Part shown: positions 50,739 to 63,199 of the stretch, one piece after another
Numbering within the stretch: position 1 is the first letter of the stretch
How the letters are laid out: each line of letters begins with the position of its first letter
Assembly: GCF_963921235.1 (NCBI RefSeq)
Contig: NC_086097.1
Span: 38,070,001 to 38,134,000, forward strand
DNA length: 64,000 nt
Direction of reading: 5' to 3'
From: Mobula hypostoma
Lineage: Eukaryota
The notes under the pieces: generated by a model
Told to the model about the DNA's origin: nothing
Seen by the model: only the letters and a program-made list of their open reading frames with translations
The model's database searches: none
Translations under genes and position numbers: made by a program

Positions 50739-50964
50739 TTAAAATCATAGAAATGGGTCATTTTGGCACATCCTCACTGACTTCCCTGTACTAATCTCAC
50801 TTGCAGACATAAGGACTGCATCCTATATTGCCTATTTGAGCATCTATCTAAATGCCTCTTAAATGTAGTAATTGTATCCGTTTCTACCAACCCTTCGGGC
50901 AGTGCATTCCAGATATCAATCACTTGCTGTGCAAAATAAACTTGAGCCTCAGATCCTCTTTAAA

Positions 50965-51310
50965 ATCAGAATCAGGTTTAACATCATTGACATATATCAT
51001 GAAATTTGTTGTTTTGCAGTGGCAATACAGTGCAATATATAAAAATACTATAAATGGCAATGAAATATATATGTAATTAAATTAGTGCAAAAGAGAGAGA
51101 AAATAGTGAGGTATTGTTCATGATTTGGATCATTGAAACCTGATGACAGAGGGAAAAAAGTTGTTTCTAAAATATTGAGTGAGTGTCTTTAGGCTCCTCT
51201 ATGTCCTCCTTGATGGTCGTAATAAGAAGAGAGCGTGGCCTGAGTGATGGGGATCCTTAATGACGGAAGGCGCATTTTTGAGGTGTCATCTTTTAAAGGC
51301 GTCCTCTATC
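50965..51310 (-). mobile_element. Rex1-type 3' end
   Basis: atcagaatcaggtttaacatcattg...gtctttaggctcctct, homologous to 8236-8790. Confidence 0.7.
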
Positions 51311-51702
51311 TAGGGAATAAGCATCTTTTCTCACAGTAGTCCAGCAATCTGCCCTCCCAGCAGACTGCCGTGATTGCTCACCAACCACCCGTCATTCTAT
51401 GGTTTACAAACGTGCACTCTATGAGTATAGCAGTCTCCATGATCCCTCCACTGCCTTCAGCCTTTACTGTTGCCAGTCGGCTAGCTAGCCCTGGCTGCTG
51501 AGAAGTAACGCATCTTGAAGTCTCTCTCACTATCAGTAGTCTTTCACCAGTCATACTGGCACCTCTGGGGTTATGCTGTGGAGAAGCACAAAGATAAACA
51601 GGGCACATGGATGTCAGGCACTGTAGGAAAAGTGCCAGGGCAATTAGTTGACATGTTCCTGCTTTTCACCATTTGATTTGGAAAGCTGCTTTTGTCACAG
51701 CA

Positions 51703-52982
51703 TTATAGAAACAGTCCCTTCAGCCCATCTAGTCCATGCCAGACTGTTTAGAGATACAGCACAGAACAGGCCCTTCCAGCCCACAGGGCTCTGCACCCAC
51801 CAATTTAACCCTAGCTTAATCACAGGACAATTTACAGGCCAATTAACCTACTAACTGGTACGTCTTTGGTGTATAGGAAATCTATGCACACACACTAAGG
51901 ACGTACAAACTTTCTACAGAAGATGCCAGAATAGAATTCCAAACTCTGAAACCCTAAGCTGTAATAACATTGCACTAACCATTATGCCCCACAAAAAGTT
52001 ATTCTGCTTAGTCCCACCAACCTGCACCTGGACTGCAGCCCGCTCATCCACATAAATATAGAAACGTAGAAAACCTACAGCACAATACAGGCCCTTCGGC
52101 CCACAAAGCTGTGCCGAACATGCCCTTACCTTAGAAATTACCTAGGGTTATCCATAGCCCTCTATTTTTCTGAGCTCCATGTACCTGTCCAGGAGTCTCT
52201 TAAAAGACCCTATCGTATCCGCCTCCACCACTGTCGCCAGCAGCCCATTCCACGCACTCATCCAAACTTCTTGCTCCAGACTCCAACCAAACTTACATCC
52301 ACCACTTCCTCTGGAAACTCATTCCATACTTAGACCACCCTCTGGGTGAAGAAGTTATCTCCTAGCTTCCCCCTTAAATATTTCACCTTTGACCCTTAAC
52401 CTATGACCTCTAATTCTAGTCATACCCAACCTCTGGAAGATGCCTGTATGCATTTAGCCTGTCCATATCTTTGATAAATTTGTACATCTGGATCAAATCT
52501 CCCCATTCTCTCTTACGCTCCAGGGAATATGGTCCTAACCTATTTAACCTTTCCTTAAAACTCAGGTTTTCGAGTCCCAGTAACATCCTTGTGAATTTTC
52601 TCTGTACTCTTTAGACCTTATTGATATCTTACCTCTGGATAGGTGACCAGAACTGCATACAATACTCCAAATTAGGCCTCACCAATACCTTGTACACATC
52701 AACATAACATCCCAATTCTGTACTCAATACTCTTAATTTATGAAGGCCAAATGTGCCAAAAGCTCTCTTTATGACAGTATCTCCAAATAATGGTACTTTC
52801 AATGAATTATTAATTTCTATCTCCCAGATTCTTTTGTTCTGTCACACTCTTCAGTGCCCTATCATTCACTGTGTAAGTCCTACCCTGATTTGTTCTTCCA
52901 AAGTGCAACACCTCACACTTGTCTGCATTAAATTCCATCTGCCATTTTTCAGCCTATTTTTCCAGCTGGTCCAGATCATCCG
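51703..52982 (-). mobile_element. Old CR1 3' part with nested V-SINE (~51747-51988) and young CR1 tail (~52058-52260)
   Basis: ggtgaccagaactgcatacaatactccaa; SINE V-domain remnant; tail nearly identical to 31404-31600. Confidence 0.8.
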
Positions 52983-53184
52983 GTGATGACTTTTATTTTA
53001 GTGTTACGGTTATGCAGAACCTTGATCAGCAATGGAGGAACCAAGCTGTGACTCTGGTCAGTTTCCTCTTCCTCCTGTTGTACAGCTGTTCATCATTTAG
53101 CCTTTGGTGGCAGTTTACCCCAACAGTGCCAGGACTGTATGGCATTCCACAACCTTCCATGAATCATGGATCCACTGTCGTGAG

Positions 53185-56100
53185 TACAGATATGTTCTAA
53201 AGGGGGAGGGTGAGCAGCCAGAAGTCTTGGTACCTATCGGCAATGACATAGGTAGGAAAAGGGAGGAGGTCCTGAAGGGAGAACTTAGGGAGCTAGGTAG
53301 AAAGGTGAAAAGCAATATCTGCAGTGTAGTAATCTCTGGATTGCTGCCTGTGCCAGGTGCCAGTGAGTGTAAGAATAGGATAATTTGGCAGATGCAAGGG
53401 GCAGGCTTTCAGATTTCTGGATCATTGGGTTCTCTTCTGGGGAAGCTATGACCTGTACAAAAGGTACAGGTTACATATGAACCTGAGGGGGATCAAATCC
53501 TTGCATGCAGGTTTGGTAGAACTTGGGGAGGGTTTAAATTAATTTGGCATTGGGCTGAGGATGGGGTAGTTGGTATACAAGCAGAGACAGTATGTAGTGA
53601 GACTGAGGAAGGACAGGTAGATGATAGGGCAAAATTGTAGTCAGTGGGATGAGTTGCAGTGTGACGGGGATAAAATTGAAAAAGGTGACAAATACAGGAC
53701 TGAAGGTGTTACATTTGAATGCATGCAGTATACGGAATAAGGTAGATGATCTTGTAGCGCAGTTAAAGATTGGCAGGTATGGTGTTGTGGGCATCACTGA
53801 GTTGTGCCTGAAAGGACCTTATAGTTCAGAGCTTAACATCCAAGGATATACATTGTATCAAAAGGACAGGCAGATAGACAAGAGAGGGTGGCATGGCTCT
53901 GTTGGTTAAAATTGAAATCAAATCCTGAGAAAAGAGGTGACACAAGATCAGAAAATATAGAATCTATGTGGGTATAGAGTTAAGAAACTGCAAAGGTATA
54001 AAGACCCAGATGGGAGTTTGATACAGGCTTCCAAACAGTAGCCAGGATTTGGGCTACAAATTACAATGAATGTAGAAAATGCACTTCCAAAGGGAAATGT
54101 TATGACATTCACGGAGGATTTCAATATGTACATAGATTGGGAAAACCAGATTGGTGCTGATTTTGGATCTCAAGAGAGAGAATTTGTAGGATGCCTAAAA
54201 GATGGCTTTTTAGAGCAGCTTGTATTTTTTTATACCTGATTTTGTGTGGTGTAATGAACTGTATTTGATTAGGGAGCTTTAAGGTAAAAGAACACTTAGG
54301 AGACGGTGATCATAATATGATAGAATTCATCTTGTAATTTGAGAGAGAGAAGCTAAAGTCAAATGTATCAGAATGACAGTGGCGTACAGAGGCATGAGAG
54401 AGGAGCTGGCCAAAGCTGATCTGAAGTGGACCCCAGCAGGGATGATGGCAGAGCAGCAATGGCTGGAGTTTATGAGAGCAATTTGGAAGGTGCAGGATAG
54501 ATACATCCCAAAAAAGAAGCATTCTAAAGGCAGGATGACACAACATTGACTGACAAGGGAAGTCAAAGCCAACATAAAAGAAAACTAGAGCGCATATAAT
54601 AGAGCAAAAATTACTGGAAAGTTAAGAGGATTGGGAAACTTTTAAAAGCAAGTAAAGGAGGAAAAGATGAAATATGAAGGTAAGCTAGACAATAATATCA
54701 AGGAGGATACCAACACTTTTTTAGATACATAAAGAGTAAAAGAGAGACAAGAGTAAATATCGGACCACTGGAAAATGACGCTGGAAAGGTAGTAATGAGG
54801 GACAAGGAAATGACAGACGAACTGAATAAGTATTTTACATCAGTCTTCACTGTGGAAGACACTAGCATTATGCGGGAAGTTCTAGAGTATCAGGGGGCAG
54901 AAGTGAATGTAGTTGATATTACTAGGGAGAAGGTGCTTGGGAAATGGTCTGAAGGTAGATAGTCACTTGGACCAGATGGACTACACCCCAGTGTTCTGAA
55001 AGAGGTAGCTAAAGAGATTGTGGAGGCATTAGTAAAGGTCTTTTGAGAAACACTAGGTTCCAAATGGAATCATTAATCTGCCACTAAATTGCAGATGTTA
55101 CTTCACTCTTTGAGAAGGGAGGGAGGCAGAAGAAAGGAAATTATAGGCCAGTTAGTCTGACCTCAGTGGTTGGAAAGATGTTTGAATTAATTGTTAAGAA
55201 TGAGGTTTCGGAGTACTTGGAGGCAGGTGATAAAAAAAGGCCAAAGTCATCATTATTTCCTTAAGGGAAAATCTTGCCTGACAATTGTTTGGAATTCTTT
55301 GAGGAAATAACAAGCAAGATAGACAAAGGAGAATCAGTGGATTTTGTGCACTTGGATTTTCAAAAGGCCTTTGACAAGGTGACACGCATGAGGCTACTTA
55401 GCAAGATAAGAGAACATGGTATTACAGGAAAGAACCAGCTTGGATAGAGCATTGGCTGATTGGACGGAGGCAAGAAGTGGGAATAAAAGCAGCCCTTCCT
55501 AATTGGCTGCTGGTGACTGGTAGTGTTCCACAGGGGTCAATGCTGGGACCATTTCTTTTTACATTGTATGTCAGTGATTTGGATGATGGAGTTGACGGTT
55601 TTGTGCCCAAATTTGCAGATTGATATTAAGAGGGACAGGTAGTGTTGAGGAATCAGGGAGGCTGCAGAAGGACTTAGACAGATTATGAGAACGGGCTAAG
55701 AAGTGACAGATGGAATACAGTGCCAGGAAGCGTATGGTCATGCACTTTTGTAGAAGGAATAAAAGCGCAGACTATTTTCTAAATGGGGAGAAAATTCAAA
55801 AATCTGAGAAGCAAAACGATTTGGGAGTCCTCATGCAGGATTCCCTAAAGGTTTATTTGCAGATTGACTCGATGATGAGGAAATCAAATGGAATTTGATT
55901 GGAACATGCATTTCAAGAGGACTGAAATAATATGGTGTTGGTGGGTTGGGACAGTGCTTTGAGCACAATGTACTAACGTGAACATGTCTCAACCAACAGT
56001 GAGCATCTGTGTCACGCAGATAGACAAAGGGGTAGCACAGTAGCGTAGTGGCTAGCACATCGCTTTACAGTATCAGTGACCCGGGGTCAATTCCCACCGA

Positions 56101-56880
56101 TGCCTGTAAGGAGTTTATACGTTCTGTCCGTGACCATGTGGGTTTCCTCCAGGTGCTCTGGTTTTCTCCCACAGTCCAAAGATGTACCAGTTGGTGGGTT
56201 AATTGGTCATTGCAAATTGTTCCATGATTAAATTGAAGCATGGCTCGTGGCTCATATGTCAATAAATCCAAATAAATACATAAATATAAGTACATAATGC
56301 TGAGGATTTATAAAGCACTGATGAGAACTCACTTAGAGTATTGTGAGCAGTTTTGGGCCACTTATCTAAGAAAGGGATGTGTGCTGACATTGAGGAGGGT
56401 TCAAAAAAGGTTCATGAAAATTATTGCAGGATTGAAAGACTCATCATATGAGGAGCGTTTGATGGCTCTAGGTCTGTACTTGCTGGAATTGAGAAGAATG
56501 AAGAGAAGATCTCATTGAAACCTATGGAATGTTGAAAGGCCTTGATAGAGTTACTATGGAGAGGCTGTTTCCCATTGTGGGGGAGTGAATAACCAGAGTG
56601 CACAACCTTGGAATCGAGGGACGCCCATTTTGAATGGAGGTGAGGAGGAATTTCTTTAGCCAGAGTGTGATGAATCTGAAATTCGTTGCCACGGGAAGCT
56701 GTGGAGGTCAAGCTATTGGGTGTATTTAAGGCTGAGACTGATAGATTCTTGATAAATCAGTGCGTGAAAGGTTACAGGGAGAGGGCAGGAGAATGGGGTT
56801 GAGAGGGAAATGGATCAGCCACGATTAAATGGCAGAATGGACTTGCTGGGCTGAATAACTCTGTCCCAATGTCTTATGGA
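53185..56880 (+). mobile_element. Long decayed CR1: ORF1 SGNH-esterase remnant, ORF2 APE + RT, 3' tail
   Basis: GNDIG..VVISGLLPVP (53104-53451); LKVLHLNACSIRNK..VGITE (53649-53909); ggaccagatgg (GPDG), gattttcaaaaggcctttgacaagg (DFQKAFDK); tail atgtcttatgg. Confidence 0.9.
56029..56288 (+). mobile_element. V-SINE nested in CR1
   Basis: A box tagcgtagtgg, B box ggggtcaattccc, V-domain, A-rich tail. Confidence 0.88.
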
Positions 56881-57224
56881 GACTCTCCATTCTTGTCTAA
56901 GCAACAGAATCATTGTTTGAGCATTCAACTGGTCTTCCTAGACTCTCTGGTGGCTGGGTACTTATGTGCCCTTACGATTTATATGCAGTAGGTGTTGATT
57001 TTTGTGAGCATCACAAGTTAATAGGTAGTGCTTGTCATCCAGATGCCAGGCTTTGCCTTGTCATATTGATTTAAAAGTAGGTGGAAGAGTGATAAGCCGC
57101 AAGATGAAGGCATCATAGCTGCTAACAGGAGATTGGGACTACTGTATATGATAAATTGTGATAATGTCACAATCCTTTCCATTTTGATTTGGATCTGTGT
57201 GATGACATGTGACGCAAGCATGTG

Positions 57225-58372
57225 CTTCGAAGTACATATATGTAACCATATACAACCATGAGATTAATTTTCTTTCGAGCATGCTTAATAAATCCATAGC
57301 AGAATCAATGAAAGTCCACACCAACTTGGGCATTCAACCAGTGTACAAAAGACAACAAACTGTGCAAATACAAAAAGAAAGAAATATTAATAAACAAATA
57401 AGAAATAAATATCAAGAACATGAGATGAAGAGAACTTGAAAGTGAATCTATAGGCTATGGGAACATTTTGGTGATGGGGCAAGTGAAGTTATCCGTTTTG
57501 GTTCAGGAGCCTGATGGTTGGTTACTGTTAATAACTGTTCCTGAACCTGGAGGTGTGAGTCCTGAGGATCTTGTACCTTATTCCTGATGGCGGCAGCGAC
57601 AAGAGAGCATGCCCTGAGTGGTGGGGGTCCCTGATATGGATCTACTTTCCTGCGATGGCACATTGTGTAGATGTGCTTGATGTTGGGGAGGGCTTTACCT
57701 GTGGTGGACTGGGCCATATCCACTACTTTTTGTAGGGTTTCCCGTTCAAGGGCATTTGTGTTTCCATACCAGACTATGATGCAGCCATTCAACGTATTCT
57801 CCGCTACACATCCAAAGAAATTTGTGAACATTTTAGATGGCATGCCGAATCTTCGCAAACTTCTAAAGTGTAGACACTGCTGTGCTTTCTTCATAATTGC
57901 ACTTACGTGCTGAGCCCAAAAAGGGTCCTCCAAAACGATAACACTGAAGAATTTAAAGTTGCTGACCTTCTCCATCTCTGATCCCTGATGTGGACTGGCT
58001 CATGGACCTCCAGTTTCCTCCTTGAAGTCAATAATCATCTCCTCGGTTTTGCTGACATTGAGTAAGAGGTTGTTGCTATGGCACCACTCAGCCTGATTTT
58101 CAGTCTCCCTCCTGTATGCTGATTCATCACCACCTTTGGTTCAGCCTACGACAGCGGTGTCAACAACAAACTTGACTATGGCCTTGGAGCAATAAGTGTA
58201 AAGTGAGTAAAGCAGGAGGCTAAATACCACAGCCTTCTGGTGCACCTGTGCTGATGGAAATTGTGGAAGAGATGTTGTTGCCAATCCAAACTGACTGGGA
58301 TCTGCAAATGAGGAAATCGAGGGTCTAATTGCATAAGGAGGTACTGAAGCCAAGGTCCTGAAGCTTATTGAA
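57225..58372 (-). mobile_element. Rex1/Babar LINE 3' part
   Basis: ORF 57448-57975 EKVSNFKFF..KKAQQCLHFRSLRRFG..CIIVWYGN; 58141-58353 SLLLYSLYT..KFVVDTAVVG. Confidence 0.88.
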
Positions 58373-58663
58373 CTGAAGACAAAATTCTCTGGTGCTTAGT
58401 CAACGACAACAAAATTTATGAACATTAGAAGGCACCAATCTCTTTTTGAATTGTGCCAGCAGCTGGAAGAAATCAGCCAATAATCGGCAAGTAGTTGAAG
58501 ATCATCAAAAAGAGGAGCTAAGGTGTGTTTACTGCTGCTGAATGTGTGATCAATTGAGTGAGCTTAACAGAGTTTTTAGCTGGAGAATTCAACAACATCA
58601 GGACTAACTCAGCAGTGGATGTAACCACTAAATTCTTCCATTAGTTATTGATACTACTTGTTT

Positions 58664-58789
58664 GACTACTAGACAGGTATATGGAGGAATTTAAGGTGGG
58701 GGGTTATATGGGAGGCAGGGTTTAAGGGTCGGCAGAACATTGTGGGCTGAAGGGCCTGTACTGTGCTGTACTGTTCTATATGTTCTATG
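58664..58789 (+). mobile_element. CR1 3' tail of the same subfamily as 35887-36870
   Basis: ctactagacaggtatatggaggaatttaaggtgggggg...gttctatatgttctatg. Confidence 0.9.
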
Positions 58790-59623
58790 ACTGCCTTTAG
58801 TAATTCATTAGCTACTACATCTGTGGTACAAGAATCCGTGCAAATGCTGCTCAGAATGTTCGGGCTAGCTCACTTCCTGCAACGCTCCAACAGTTACTGC
58901 GATTGAAGCGAAGTTTGCAGTCAAATGTCACACAGCGTAGGTAGTAAAAGTAAGTGGAATCTTAGATAATAAGGAACGTTATGAAAAATTACAAGGAGAT
59001 TTTGATCAGCTAGCAACTGAGGAATGGCAAATGGTATTCTATTTACATATGAATGTGAGATGTTGCATTTTGGGAAGTCAAACCAGAGTAGATCTTTCAC
59101 ACTGAATGGCAGGGTCCTGAAAAACGTAGAACAGAAGAATCCAGACATACAGGTACATAATTCCCTGAACATGGCGTCACAGGTATACAGAGTGGTGAGG
59201 AAGGCACTAGGTATGCTGGCCATTATCATTCAGTACATTGAGTATAGGAGCTGGGATGTTATCTTACAGTTGTACAGGAAATTGACGTGACCATACCTAG
59301 AGTGTTTGTATAGTTATGATTAACCTGTTCTAGGGAAAATGACATGAAGCTGGAGAGAGTGCAAAGAAGATTTATGAGAATGTTGCCAACTTGAGGGCCC
59401 AAGTTACAGGAAGAGCTTGTACTTTATTCTTCGGAGTGTAGGAGAATGGGAGGGGTGCTGTAACCTTGTAGAGGTGGGTAAAATAATGAGGGGCATAGAT
59501 AGTGTGAATGCACACAGTCTTTTTTTTCCCCAGAGAAAGGAATCAAAAATGAAAGGGCATAAGTTTAAGGTGAAAGAGAGAGAAGCACAACTTCTTCCCA
59601 CAGAGAGTGGTGTGTATATATAG

Positions 59624-60366
59624 GAAGAGCCCCAAGAAGATGGGAAGGGTGAAGGCAGAGAGACTGATGAAACTGAGGTTCAGTCTGAAGACTACCCCCC
59701 CCCCCAGATGAGAGTGAAGAAGATTCTGAATCTGCAGAGGCCCGGGTAAGGGAAACGTTGGATATGGTCTCCCCTTTGGAAGGGGAAGATGCCTCCTGTA
59801 CTGAGAACAGCTCTGTCTGCACCAGCCACCCAGAGCTAGCATGCAGCCTGGAAGGGAACCACCCCACAGGGGAGGGAGTTGGCACTGAGGATGTCATTGG
59901 GCCGCCCAACACTGTGGAGAAAGGAGTTGCATCAAGTGATGAGGGGAGATCAGTTAGGTCAAGGGGTCAGAGTGGGAGCATTCTCCCTGAGAAAGTCATC
60001 AGGTCAAGCAGTCAGGGTGGGAGTGTTTTCCATGAGGAAGTCATTGGGTCAAGAGGTCAGGGTGGGCGTGTTCTCTCTGAGGAAGTCATTGGGTCAAGCA
60101 ACAAACACATTCCTGTCAGTACTGTGGGACATGATGCAGTGGTTGACAGTACAAGGAGCCCTGAGGGAAAGGACCAGGTAGGGGTGGAGGGTAACACCAC
60201 ACGAGAAGGGGTTAAAAGTGCCATGTCCAGCCCCACAACATCTGAGCATGAGGAGGTGAAAGGTGAACAGCTGGCAAGGCCGGCTAAGAGAAAACGAGCA
60301 GACTCCAGTGGACAAAACCTGGAGATGCCAGAACTTTCCTCTAAGTCGTGTGATGTTACAGAGTAA
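59624..60366 (+). pseudogene. Acidic low-complexity coding-like segment of unknown origin (~247 codons with one slip in a C-run)
   Basis: EEPQEDGKGEGRETDETEVQSEDY / PDESEEDSESAEARVRET + ORF 59758-60366; 3x45-bp in-frame repeat; basic RPAKRKR. Confidence 0.55.
59957..60100 (+). repeat. 45-bp (15-aa) in-frame tandem repeat x3
   Basis: tcaag at 59959, 60004, 60049, 60094; SRGQSGSILPEKVIR/SSSQGGSVFHEEVIG/SRGQGGRVLSEEVIG. Confidence 0.92.
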
Positions 60367-60381
60367 GTAATCAACAACCTG

Positions 60382-61148
60382 ATGGAGTTCAGCCCAGATA
60401 AGTGTGAGGTGGTTCATTTCAGTAGGTCAAATTTCAAGGCAGAATATAATATTAATGGTAAGACCGTTGGCAGTGTGGAGTAGCAGTGAGATTTGGGGTC
60501 CATGTCGATAGGACACTCAAAACTGCTGCGCAGGTTGACAGTGTTCTTAAGAAGGCATATGGTGTGATGGCCTTTATTAAACATGGGATTGAGTTCAAGA
60601 GCTGTGAAGTAATGTTACAGCAATATAAGACCTTAGTTAGACCCACTGTATTCAGTTCTAGTCCCCTCACTACAGGAAGGATGTGGATACTACAGAGAGA
60701 GTGCAGAGGAGATTTACAAGGATGTTGCCTGGATTGGAGAGCATACCTGATGAGAATAGGCTGAGTGAACTTGGACTTTTCTCCTTGGAGCAACGAAGGA
60801 TGAGAGATGACCTGATCGAGGTGTCATGTGGATAGCCAGAGGCTTTTTCCCAGGGCTGGAATGGCTAACACAAGGGGGCATAGGTTTAGGAAGTAGGTAC
60901 AAGGGGGATGTCAGGGGTAAGTTTTTCACACAGAGAGTGGTGGGTGCGTGGAATGCATTGCCAGTGATGGTGGTGGAGGCAGATGCAGTAGGGTCTTTTA
61001 AGAGACTCAAATAGGTACATGGAGCCTAGAAATATAGAGGGCTTTGCGACAGGAAAATTCTAGGCAGTTTTTAGAGTAGGTTACGTGGTCGGCACAACAT
61101 TGTGGGCTGAAGGGCCTGTAATGTGCTGTAGATTTCTATGTCCTATGT
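60382..61148 (+). mobile_element. Young CR1 3' part fused directly to the unknown segment
   Basis: atggagttcagcccagataagtgtgagg (MEF.PDKCE); tail gatttctatgtcctatg. Confidence 0.93.
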
Positions 61149-61707
61149 AGAATGAACTGCCAGAGGATGCTGGAGAGGCAAGTGCAAATACAATGTTCAA
61201 AAGACTTTTGGACAGGTACATGGATAGGAAAGGTTAGAAAAACATGGGACAAAGCAGGCAAATGGGACTAGCTTAGATGAGCATCTTCATAGGCATGGAC
61301 GAGTTGTGTTGATGAGTCTGTGTTACTCTGGGAGTCTATCACATTATTTAATCTGGCTGAATTCAATGCAATAAGCTACATTAATTATCTGGCTCTTTCT
61401 GGGGAACAAATAAATGAAACTATTTAATTTTTGTAGTAGATAATAATGGAATCAATGTTCCTTGAGTTGCTTTTTAGTCCCTGTAGTATATTCTCATTTT
61501 AATTTTGTAATGTTATCAGTGATCTTTCCCAACTATCATTGTAATTTGATGCAATTTTATGTTCAATATTTACATCAACTCTGATAGAAAAGTTTGATTA
61601 TCTTTTTTAAATTAAATTGTATCAGCAATTTAGAAATGAAAGTAATAATTAATTTGCAATATATTTAATGAAAAGTGAAGAAAAATTCAGTGTTGTGCAG
61701 AATTTTA

Positions 61708-61806
61708 CTCTTTTTTTTTCTCCCTTCCTCCTTTCATCTCACCTAATTTGTCTTTTCCTTTCCTACTTCTCTCCAGAAAGGATAACCATGTTTGCTGCCA
61801 TGCATG
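61708..61806 (+). other. Strong candidate 3' splice site (exon start 61777) with downstream TGCATG
   Basis: Branch-point-like cctaat 61742-61747, pyrimidine tract, ctccag| at 61776, Rbfox-type tgcatg 61801-61806; TE-free flanks. Confidence 0.5.
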
Positions 61807-62412
61807 CACCTGTTTAATCTGACATTTTTTCTGAGAATTTGTGAATATTTTGTTTGTTTGTTAATGGGCATGAAATTTCACTTGTGCAAAGCCAGTAGTT
61901 ATCCAACTATTTGTAAGGGACTTCCTGATGACAAAGTATATCAGCCAGGATTAGATGTATAAAATAAACAAAATAAAAGCACCAGAGTAACGGATTTGAA
62001 AGTTGCATTTTAGTGCTCTGAGAGATTTACCAGAGCACGGAATGCATCAAGATAAAAATATAGCGATCAGTTCAATAGGTGAAATCATTTTTCAGTTCTG
62101 TAGGCTTTCCCTTGGTCCCAATAGTTTCGACCTAATTCTTTTTTAATAGAATATACTGTTACAGTTGAGCTGTTTAAATCTGATAGGACAGTTGGACCCA
62201 GTTCAATTTCCCCAGAGTGCCTAAAGAAATGGGCAAAATGTGCTAGCACACAAATTCAGCAAGGGTGATGTCTGTTGCAGTGAAGTGCTAGGAGGTAGTT
62301 AGTTAAAGCTTCTTTGTCATTGCTGAGAACAACGAGGTTACAGTGCTATTCCAATCAGTGCAAAACAGCTTACTGGCAATTCAAGCACTAAAAACACGAT
62401 GAATATATTTAA

Positions 62413-63140
62413 AAGGCAAGACTCTTGGCTGTGTGGAGGATCAGGGGTTCTTGGGGTCCGAGTCCATAGGACGCTCAAAACCACTGTGCAGATTGACTCT
62501 GTGGTTAAGAAGGCATACGGTGCATTGGCCTTCATCAATCGTGGGATTGAGTTTAAGAGCCAAGAGGTAACGTTGCAGCTATATAGGACCCTGGTCAGAC
62601 TCCCCTTGGAGTACCATGCTCAGATCTGGTCACCTCACTACAGGAAGGATGTGGAAACCATAGAAAGGGTGCAGAGGAGATTTACAAGGATGTTGCCTGG
62701 ATTGGGGAGCATGCCTTATGAGAATAGGTTGAGTGAACTCAGCCTTTTCTTCTTGGAGTGATGAAGGATGAGAGGTGACCTGATAGAGGTGTAAAAGATA
62801 ATGAGAGGCATTGATGGTGTGGACAGTCAGAGGCTTTTTCCCAGGGCTGAAATGGCTAGCCTGAGAGGGCACAGTTTTAAGGTACTTGGAAGTAGGTACA
62901 GAGGAGATGTCAGGGGTAAGTTTTTTACGCAGAGAGTGGTGAGAGCGCGGAATGGGCTGCCGCAATGGTGGTAGAGGTGGAAACAATAGGGTCTTTTAAG
63001 AGACTCCAGGATAGGTACATGGAGCTTAGCAAAACAGAGGGCTATGGGTAACCCTAGGTAATTTCAAAGGTAAAGACATGTTCGGCCAAGCTTTATGGGC
63101 CGAAGGGCCTGTATTGTGCTGCAGGCTTTCTGTGTTTCTA
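62413..63140 (+). mobile_element. Young CR1 3' part
   Basis: ORF 62399-62761 VKKAYGALAFINRG..ERVQRRFTRMLPGL. Confidence 0.93.
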
Positions 63141-63199
63141 AAATAACGTCTGAGTTATTTAGAGTGACATCTAAGTTACAACTGAATTTAAAAAAACAA

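Larger units (their letters stand above)
58915..61340 (+). mobile_element. Old CR1 3' part split by a chimeric insertion (pieces ~58915-59623 and ~61149-61340)
   Basis: ORFs 59024-59290 and 59417-59623; cagagagtggtgtgtatata...gaatgaactgccagagga (QRVV..WNELP) continuity across the insert. Confidence 0.8.
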
